DNA of 64,000 nucleotides from Flavobacteriaceae bacterium (GTDB lineage Bacteria; Bacteroidota; Bacteroidia; Flavobacteriales; Flavobacteriaceae): NCBI GenBank assembly GCA_031277535.1, contig JAITMD010000014.1, positions 42,926 to 106,925 of the forward strand, read 5' to 3'. Shown piece by piece: positions 58,101 to 64,000 of this stretch (position 1 is its first letter; each line of letters starts with the position of its first letter). The notes under the pieces were generated by a model. It saw only the letters and a program-made list of their open reading frames with translations, ran no database searches and was not told where the DNA came from. The position numbers and the translations under genes were made by a program.

Positions 58101-58542
58101 CAGTTTGACTGATTTCTTCCATAGCAATTTGCGCTACAGATGATGTTAGTTTTCTTTTTTCAATTGTTTGATAACCTGTTACTACAACTTCATTCAACAC
58201 GTTTTCGTCAGTACCTAAAGCTACTGAGTAATGTGTTTTTGTAGTTAAGTTAATTAGTTTTGATTCATATCCAATAAAACTAATACGCACAGCTTTAGTT
58301 TCTTTTGGAATTTCTAATGTAAAGTTTCCATCCAAGTCCGTCATTGTTCCGATACTTGTACTCTCAACAATCCCTTTTTGATTTGAGGCAGTTGATAGAG
58401 TTTGTGTTTCCACAATAATTGATGCACCAGGTAAGGCAGCCTTATCTACGGCGTCTTGTACAAAACCGGTAATCACTCTTTTCTCTTGTGCAAAGGCAAG
58501 AGTTACTGTTAAGAGCGAGAATAAAAGAAATAATTTTTTCAT
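55183..58542 (-). CDS. SusC/RagA family TonB-dependent transporter
   Basis: CarboxypepD-like N-terminus; 'VVVTGYQ'; plug 'IRIRGTAS..G.QDPLWVLDG'; 'LKDASATAIYGARAANGVIVITTKKG'; C-terminal 'GLNVTF'. Confidence 0.95.
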   Translation of the reverse strand: MKKLFLLFSLLTVTLAFAQEKRVITGFVQDAVDKAALPGASIIVETQTLSTASNQKGIVESTSIGTMTDLDGNFTLEIPKETKAVRISFIGYESKLINLTTKTHYSVALGTDENVLNEVVVTGYQTIEKRKLTSSVAQIAMEEISQTGVASVDQMLAGQIAGVAVTTPTGAPGGPAKIRIRGTASLNGPQDPLWVLDGMPLEGNDVPNFNDKDNIDQLQNFSIAGLNPDDILDITILKDASATAIYGARAANGVIVITTKKGKKGSMKVNFTANTFINERPNFSKLNLMNSSEKVDFELMLAGRSDIQNTRSNQGEVMRILNSANELDAYRTNGFAGLSGNTQNAINNLRNTNTDWGKELYRQTFNKQYGLSLSGGTDHSDYYFSLGYYNEEGATIGTGFERFNLTLKNNFQVTDKFKVGVALFGTQSKKNSFVSDADASINPSNYSRNANPYLKPYNEDGSYMYDKDIEGTKDAYIPFNFVEERNNTSYELVNKSFKAVFDAEYQILNDLKITSQLGLQLDNSDTEKYLGKDTYFTRKFREGTRYSKNGENHYFLPDGGIIENYNANYFQYNWKTQATYNAIFNDMHEIDVMAGMELRSSNNKLITSKGFGYDRNTLTTKPLIFPDGSTSTNDKKYEQYKQSKVEDAYASFFATASYTYNRKYTVFGSVRYDGSNLFGVDPKYRYLPLWAVSGSWNIKREKFLEDVDFLSDLRLRASYGLQGNIDRSTSPYAIGQYNTSSVLPGYPEGTIQINNAPNGTLRWEKTTNTNFGFDLGLFKNRILVGADVYNRKSTDLIGLRALPLETGFEWTNMNWAQVTNKGYEISLTTRNIVKPNFSWTTTFNFAHNKSNVDKIQINENDRLPSREGLPVNSVFVIKTAGLDENGNLLYWKNGEKVSGQEFFKLRDPMAEWGMPGYMATSDLTPEEYRDLFTYAGDKDPKFTGGIINTIKIKNFDITVSAAFNLKQTVVKTPSYKMADIDPGKNYTRDVLNMWSPINPNGTMPGLLPDDYNGNATVTDGSWMVSKWFSGEDPASSYNYLDIWAKETSYLRISSIRLGYTLPKDVLNKMRLDNVRFTLEGRNLFVFGTDYNGYFDPETYGNIYTQPIQKSISLGLNVTF

Positions 58543-58569
58543 TTTGTCCTGTAAAGTAGGGGTTAGGTA

Positions 58570-61173
58570 TTATAAGCTTAATGCTTGATTTATTCTATTT
58601 AGTAAGTCTGCGTAATGTGCTTTTGTTGCATCGTCTCCAGAGTTTTTCTTCTTGCTTACAATCTTTTGTATTGCTATCAATTCTCCTTTTTTATAACTCG
58701 TTACTTCCGATACACGTTTCATTACTGTATAATTAATATTACGCGCTTTCTTATCATCTAAAGTGATGTTACACAAAGTAGGTATTTGTAAAGATTGCTC
58801 AAGTATCAGGCCTTTTTTACTTGTCTTTTCAAATAGCTTGTTGACATCTATAATTAATGCGTCAACATAGTTCTTTTGTGTCATTCGTTCCAAAATAGAA
58901 AGTGACTTTCCTTTTTGAGTTTTACCAAATATTTCACCTCTAAGCATTGTAAACAAGTCATTGATTGTGAAGTTTTTCTCTGCTTTAGTTTCAGACGAAA
59001 GTACTTCATTCTCCAATAATCTCAATAAACGTTCATCCATTAATGTGTAATAGATTGTTGAATATTGTAATTCTCTTGCCAAAGAATAAGGTGTATATTC
59101 ATACGGACCTACAGGAGAGTCTTTCAAGCTGTATGTTTTTTCAATAATATCATTGAAAAATAACCAATTAGGAATGTTTAAAGCGTTTTTAGCTAAATAT
59201 TCGACCGCTCTTTTTTGTGTCTCGTAAGGTACTGGCTGATATGCTTTTTTGTTGTTTCCGAATACTGCATGATCTAAGTACACTCCCCCAATATTAGCTA
59301 ATACATGCTGATTATACATTTGCCATTGACCAATAGCTCCCATATAAAGTTTACCAGCTTCATAATAATTCTCTCCTTTGTCGTAAGTCCAAGGAATGAT
59401 ATTGTTTACTACTATTTTTAAATTCTTAAGTCCATACTCACTCGCTTTCATAGCATCATCTCCTAAATCTTCTGATTGAGAACGAGGATCTATAATGTTT
59501 AATGAACTTTGTTGCTCTCCATAAAAATACATCGGATCATCTTGGTGATCTTCTATCATTTTACGCAATGCTTTTTTCTCTTCTTCTTGGTTTGGATACC
59601 AACGGTAACCCCATTCAATCGCATATTTGTCATATACACCGATTTGAGGTGTAATAGCTGTTACACCATCTTCTGGTTGTGCTACATAATTATAACGGGC
59701 ATAATCCATAATAGATGGTGCTGTTCCACCCATTCTTGCTGTAAATTCTTTTGAGCGTAAAGAGTCAACTGGAAATGCAAATGATGATCCCATATTGTGT
59801 TTCAATCCAAAAGTGTGCCCAACTTCATGTGATGATACAAATCGAATAGCTTCTCCCATATGTTCATCACTAAACTTATTTGCTCTTGCTTTAGCATCAA
59901 TAGGTCCAGTCTGTATACGCATCCAACTGTGTACAGATGTCATTACATTGTGCCACCAAATAATGTCTGACTCAATAATTTCTCCACTTCTTGGGTCAAT
60001 TACTGATGGTCCCATAGCATTTGATTTTTGAGAAGCAGCATATGTAATTACTGAATAGCGTACATCATCAATGTCAAAATCTTTATCTTCTTCTGTTGGC
60101 TCTTTTGCTGTTATAGCATTTTTAAAACCAGCTTTTTCAAAAGCCGCTTGCCAATCGTGTACTCCTGCAATAATCTTTGCTCGCCACTGTGGGGGAGTAG
60201 CGGGATCAATGTAATACACGATAGGCTTTTTAGGCTCTACTAATTCGCCTTTTAAATATTTTTCAACATCTTCTTCTTTAGGCTCCATGCGCCACTTTGT
60301 GATGAACTCTTCTTCTTTCATTTTGTGTTGTGCATCACTAAAAAACCAGTGTTTTTCAGTAAAGTATCCTACGCGTTTATCTGCAATACGCGGTTGCATT
60401 GGCTCTTTTGAAAGAAGTACAATGTTTGTTGTTACTCCTAATGATACTGGTACATCTCCAGTTCCTTCATTCACACTTGTTGTCATTAATGATTTAACAA
60501 CAATGTTTTCAGGAAACGTTTTTACCCCTTCTATATATGATAAATTCGTTTTAATCGATAGAGGTAATCCTAATCCTGTTAGTACATCATTAAAGCTTTT
60601 TTGATTTCCATCAAATACTTTATTTACTTTAATAACAGTTGCTGTAGAATCTGCATTTGATGTCTCAATATCAAATACTTCTAATACAGATTCTATAAAA
60701 TTATCTTTCACAGATTGAGTGATAGCATCCTCTGCTGGAGATGATACTCTCGGTGTTTCCGATTTTACCCAAATCTTATTAGCGATAGTGTCTTTATGAA
60801 ATGTAATTAGTTTATTCTCATAATTCATTCCCTTGTTCGCTCCTGCATCATTTACTTCTAATGGAACTTGAGATAATTTATTAACAAGCAAAAACTGACG
60901 GTTTAATAAACTATCTGGAATCTCAAAATATAAGTCTGTTTTTACTTGAATCGTATTAAACATACCTTTTGAGTATTTCCCTTTTTTTATTAACTCAGCA
61001 TAGTTGTTTTTTTTCGTGTCTGTAGAATCTTTTGTTTTTGCTACATCTTTCTCTTTCACCGCCTTCGTCGTTGTCTTCTTTCCTTTAGCGTATATTGCTG
61101 TAGTTGGAATCTGAAGCAAGCACCACGATAACACTAAAGCACTGATACTTAGTCTAACCGTCTTTTTATTCAT
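58570..61173 (-). CDS. Exported zinc metalloprotease, metzincin type (DUF5117/DUF5118/DUF4953, EcxA-like)
   Basis: Signal peptide; 'HEVGHTFGLKH' (HEXXHXXGXXH); Met-turn 'SIMDY'; 'PKKPIVYYID'. Confidence 0.88.
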   Translation of the reverse strand: MNKKTVRLSISALVLSWCLLQIPTTAIYAKGKKTTTKAVKEKDVAKTKDSTDTKKNNYAELIKKGKYSKGMFNTIQVKTDLYFEIPDSLLNRQFLLVNKLSQVPLEVNDAGANKGMNYENKLITFHKDTIANKIWVKSETPRVSSPAEDAITQSVKDNFIESVLEVFDIETSNADSTATVIKVNKVFDGNQKSFNDVLTGLGLPLSIKTNLSYIEGVKTFPENIVVKSLMTTSVNEGTGDVPVSLGVTTNIVLLSKEPMQPRIADKRVGYFTEKHWFFSDAQHKMKEEEFITKWRMEPKEEDVEKYLKGELVEPKKPIVYYIDPATPPQWRAKIIAGVHDWQAAFEKAGFKNAITAKEPTEEDKDFDIDDVRYSVITYAASQKSNAMGPSVIDPRSGEIIESDIIWWHNVMTSVHSWMRIQTGPIDAKARANKFSDEHMGEAIRFVSSHEVGHTFGLKHNMGSSFAFPVDSLRSKEFTARMGGTAPSIMDYARYNYVAQPEDGVTAITPQIGVYDKYAIEWGYRWYPNQEEEKKALRKMIEDHQDDPMYFYGEQQSSLNIIDPRSQSEDLGDDAMKASEYGLKNLKIVVNNIIPWTYDKGENYYEAGKLYMGAIGQWQMYNQHVLANIGGVYLDHAVFGNNKKAYQPVPYETQKRAVEYLAKNALNIPNWLFFNDIIEKTYSLKDSPVGPYEYTPYSLARELQYSTIYYTLMDERLLRLLENEVLSSETKAEKNFTINDLFTMLRGEIFGKTQKGKSLSILERMTQKNYVDALIIDVNKLFEKTSKKGLILEQSLQIPTLCNITLDDKKARNINYTVMKRVSEVTSYKKGELIAIQKIVSKKKNSGDDATKAHYADLLNRINQALSL

Positions 61174-61238
61174 TACAATGTTAAGTTTAAGTTAAGTCGG
61201 TATAAACTTAGTGACCTTCTTTTTAAACCAAAAATTTT

Positions 61239-61275
61239 CGGGAGTGAGTGGATTGTAAACGGGAGTGAGTGGATT
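61239..61275 (-). promoter_or_regulatory. Candidate LytTR binding site: 16-bp perfect direct repeat with 21-bp period
   Basis: CGGGAGTGAGTGGATT at 61239-61254 and 61260-61275, just upstream of a TTTG (-33) and TAAGTTTA (-7-like) on the minus strand. Confidence 0.7.
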
Positions 61276-61278
61276 ATT

Positions 61279-62823
61279 TTAACAATTAAACAAAGGAAGT
61301 ACACAAGTAAAAACTTCTCCTTCTACTACTGCTTTATAATTGGGTTTGTTGTAATAGTTATATATTGAAAATAAGTAAGTTAGTCCAAACTTTTCTCCTT
61401 CTTCTTCTCGTTTTTTAGGTTGGTAGTTATTAGTTACAATTACTTCTTCATCTGTTAGAACTACCTGTACAAGTAACGGATTTTCGTTTGTTGCTATGTT
61501 GTGTTTTAAGGCGTTTTCTATGGTAATTTGTAAAGCTAAGTAAGGTATCTTTTTTGTCTCGTTTTTTGTTCTTTTGTCAGCTATTTCAAAATGTAATTCT
61601 TTTGAAAAGCGAATCTTCTGTAAGTCAATATATTGTTTAATAAACGCTAATTCTTGTTCTAATTCTACAATGTCTTCTGTTGGAGATGTAATTAAGTAAC
61701 GATACGTTTTACTCAAGTCCAAAGTAAACTTTTGAGCCTGTGTTTTATCCATACCAATCAGCATATAAAGGGAATTTAAAGAGTTGAATAAGAAATGAGG
61801 ATTAATCTGATTTTTCAATTGTTTCAGTTGCATTAATGCTTTTTCCTTTGTTACTTTCTCTTTTTCTACAGCTAATTTTTCTTTTTCTTTATAAGTGCGT
61901 TTGTTTTCAATGGTAAAGAAATAAAAGAGCAATAAGATTACAAAGATCGTTGTTGTAAAGATCAAGTAAGTATTTCGCTTTAAAGGTGCCAAGTTCTCGT
62001 CTACATTTATCTTAGGAAAGTTGACACTGATGTATCCTTTAAAACTGGTTGTTTCAAAAGGAGCTAAAAAGCGAAATACCTCCATTTGTAAATATTCAGA
62101 AATTACCACTGGAGGATTGTTTAAAGGGGTAAACTGTAAAGTGTCTGGTGTAGATAGACTGGTTTGACTAAACACATTGGTGCCTATTAATCCTAATTCA
62201 GGATGATAAATGCAAGTACCATCTTGCGCAAAGATATAAGCATAGTTTGGTGTGGTTACATCAGTTGTGGTCAAATGACTATGAAGTGCTTCCAAATCAA
62301 AGCTAAAGCCTGTAATGATTCTTTGTTTGTTTGGTAAGCGAATGTCTTTCCACAACAACCAATAGAGCTTATTATTGATTGTAATAAAATTGTTTCGAGG
62401 TTGTGTATTTTGATGGTGAATTATTGCTTGTATTGTTGGAGAGTCTAATTGAGGATTAAACCTATTGTCAAAATTAGAATCAAGGAGTCTATCCTTTTCA
62501 TCTGTTAGAATATACCAATTGTACTTTACCATCTCACCGTGTTTGTACACTTGATTGAGTACATTGTATTTGGTGGTCAACTCCGATGTAGGAGTAGTTA
62601 GTACAAGCTGAGTTAGTGTATTGAGATGTTCGTCTATTTGTTCAAATTCTCCTTGTAAAGCTTTTGACTTGTGAAAAAAACTTTTAGAAGCAATATCTTT
62701 ATATGTGTTTTCGTAGTTGTTGTTGATAGAAATACTTAAAGACAATATAGCAATAAGGGTAATGCATAATACAGCAATACCAATCATTAAAGTTGCTCGT
62801 CTGGAATAGTGATTTCTAAACAT
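61279..62823 (-). CDS. LytS-type sensor histidine kinase with periplasmic Cache-like domain
   Basis: Two TM segments; 'YAYIFAQDGTCIYHPE'; His_kinase 'LKNQINPHFLFNSLN'; 'LALQITIENALKHN'; 'FGL'. Confidence 0.9.
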   Translation of the reverse strand: MFRNHYSRRATLMIGIAVLCITLIAILSLSISINNNYENTYKDIASKSFFHKSKALQGEFEQIDEHLNTLTQLVLTTPTSELTTKYNVLNQVYKHGEMVKYNWYILTDEKDRLLDSNFDNRFNPQLDSPTIQAIIHHQNTQPRNNFITINNKLYWLLWKDIRLPNKQRIITGFSFDLEALHSHLTTTDVTTPNYAYIFAQDGTCIYHPELGLIGTNVFSQTSLSTPDTLQFTPLNNPPVVISEYLQMEVFRFLAPFETTSFKGYISVNFPKINVDENLAPLKRNTYLIFTTTIFVILLLFYFFTIENKRTYKEKEKLAVEKEKVTKEKALMQLKQLKNQINPHFLFNSLNSLYMLIGMDKTQAQKFTLDLSKTYRYLITSPTEDIVELEQELAFIKQYIDLQKIRFSKELHFEIADKRTKNETKKIPYLALQITIENALKHNIATNENPLLVQVVLTDEEVIVTNNYQPKKREEEGEKFGLTYLFSIYNYYNKPNYKAVVEGEVFTCVLPLFNC

Positions 62824-62839
62824 TCTGTTTTGTGTTTGA

Positions 62840-64000
62840 TTAATTAGCTGAATAGAGCAAATAAGGTTTGCGCATCGCTTTAAATTGATCTAATCCTTTT
62901 TGCCATGTTAAACGGATTTCATCTTCTGTTTTTCCTGTTATGATTTGTTCTTTTAAAGCATCTGTTCCTGCTAATTTAATGAAAAAGTTATTAAAGAACT
63001 TGTCTTTATTAGTAGAGCTCTTGTAAGCTTTCAACAACCATTTTAAATCTAATTTGTTTACATCTGGTGTTTTAGATAAATTTTCGCCATAACACAGCTT
63101 TCCATTGTTCATTGGATCTTTTGCTCCAATATTTGGTTTTGGAGTAAATTGATAAGGCATTTGAGTTAAGAAGGGTGAACCATATACTTGAAATTGTAAA
63201 TCAGTACCTCTTCCAGAACTTACATTTGTTCCTTCAAAAAAACAAAGACTGGCATATAGGTTAATAGCTTTGTCATTTGGTAAATTAGGAGATGGGGCAA
63301 CAGGCAAACTATAAGTCATTTTGCGTGTATAGTGCTGTACAGGTACTACAGTTAGGTTGCACTGTATTTCTTTCTCCAACCATTTTTGTCCATTAATCAT
63401 TAATGCATATTCACCAATAGTCATCCCATGCATCGCTGGTATAGTGTGCATTCCAACAAAGCTTTTATTTGCAATTTCTAAGGTAGGACCGTCAATGATT
63501 GAAATATTAGGATTAGGTCTGTCTAATACAACAACAGGAATATTGTTTTCTGCACAAGCTTCCATCACATAATGTAAAGAGGATATATAAGTATAAAAAC
63601 GTGCACCAACATCTTGTAAGTCGAAAAGCATAACATCAATTCCTTCTAATTGTTTTTTAGAAGGTTTTTTGCTATTTCCGTACAAAGAGATGATAGGTAA
63701 TCCTGTTTGAGTATCCTTCCCATCTTTAATTAGTTCTCCAGCACTTGCAGTTCCTCTAAAGCCATGTTCGGGAGCGTATATTTTGACAATGTTCATTTTG
63801 TTGTTCATCAAAAAGTCTACAACTGATAGTGTATAGGCATTGTTGTCTGCAGGATTGGAAACCACTCCAGTCTGATTGGTCAAAATACCAATTTTTTTAC
63901 CTTCTATCAACGGAAAATAAACGGAAGTGTTTTCTGCTCCTACTTGTAGGTTTCTTTCTTTTTCTTTTGTGTGAATAGGTGTAGCAGCATGGCTTTCAAA
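62840..64000 (-). CDS. DUF1343 / NamZ-family exo-beta-N-acetylmuramidase (5' end beyond the window)
   Basis: Frame stays open to the right edge (..LQVGAENTSVYFPLIEGKKIGILTNQTG); 'APEHGFRG', 'DLQDVGARFYTY', 'LDRPNP', 'PSPNLP', 'SSGRGT'. Confidence 0.88.
   Translation of the reverse strand, partial: FESHAATPIHTKEKERNLQVGAENTSVYFPLIEGKKIGILTNQTGVVSNPADNNAYTLSVVDFLMNNKMNIVKIYAPEHGFRGTASAGELIKDGKDTQTGLPIISLYGNSKKPSKKQLEGIDVMLFDLQDVGARFYTYISSLHYVMEACAENNIPVVVLDRPNPNISIIDGPTLEIANKSFVGMHTIPAMHGMTIGEYALMINGQKWLEKEIQCNLTVVPVQHYTRKMTYSLPVAPSPNLPNDKAINLYASLCFFEGTNVSSGRGTDLQFQVYGSPFLTQMPYQFTPKPNIGAKDPMNNGKLCYGENLSKTPDVNKLDLKWLLKAYKSSTNKDKFFNNFFIKLAGTDALKEQIITGKTEDEIRLTWQKGLDQFKAMRKPYLLYSAN

Overview
AT-rich bacterial chromosomal DNA from a Flavobacteriaceae member (Bacteroidota). 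The family call rests on TAnnTTTG -7 promoter elements, SusC/SusD, the T9SS genes porT and gldA, and a T9SS C-terminal-domain cargo protein; a Myroides-like genus is only an impression. About 60 CDSs were found. I saw no rRNA, tRNA, CRISPR array, transposase or integrase. Most genes are housekeeping (fbaA, tamL, porT, menG/ubiE, ppa, pdhB, etfBA, thyA, folA, fabH, gldA, rsgA, dtd, aroA, queA, queE, kynU, kmo). Highlights: (1) a metzincin protease-SusC-SusD locus at 53-63 kb, bracketed by a split LytS/LytTR two-component system, with a perfect 16-bp direct repeat at 21-bp period (LytTR-type spacing) just upstream of its promoter, i.e. a candidate inducible peptide/protein utilization locus; (2) an exbB-exbD-exbD-tonB-small TM-PstS-like-TPR cluster; (3) a ~9.7 kb accessory block between pdhB and etfB carrying a T9SS-secreted CotH-type kinase, an AlkZ/YcaQ glycosylase, GNATs and a toxin-less SMI1/KNR4 immunity gene; (4) two intergenic tracts of degenerate 11-bp-periodic repeats; (5) a 32-bp palindrome upstream of etfBA. 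All family assignments come from motif recognition by eye; no searches were run.
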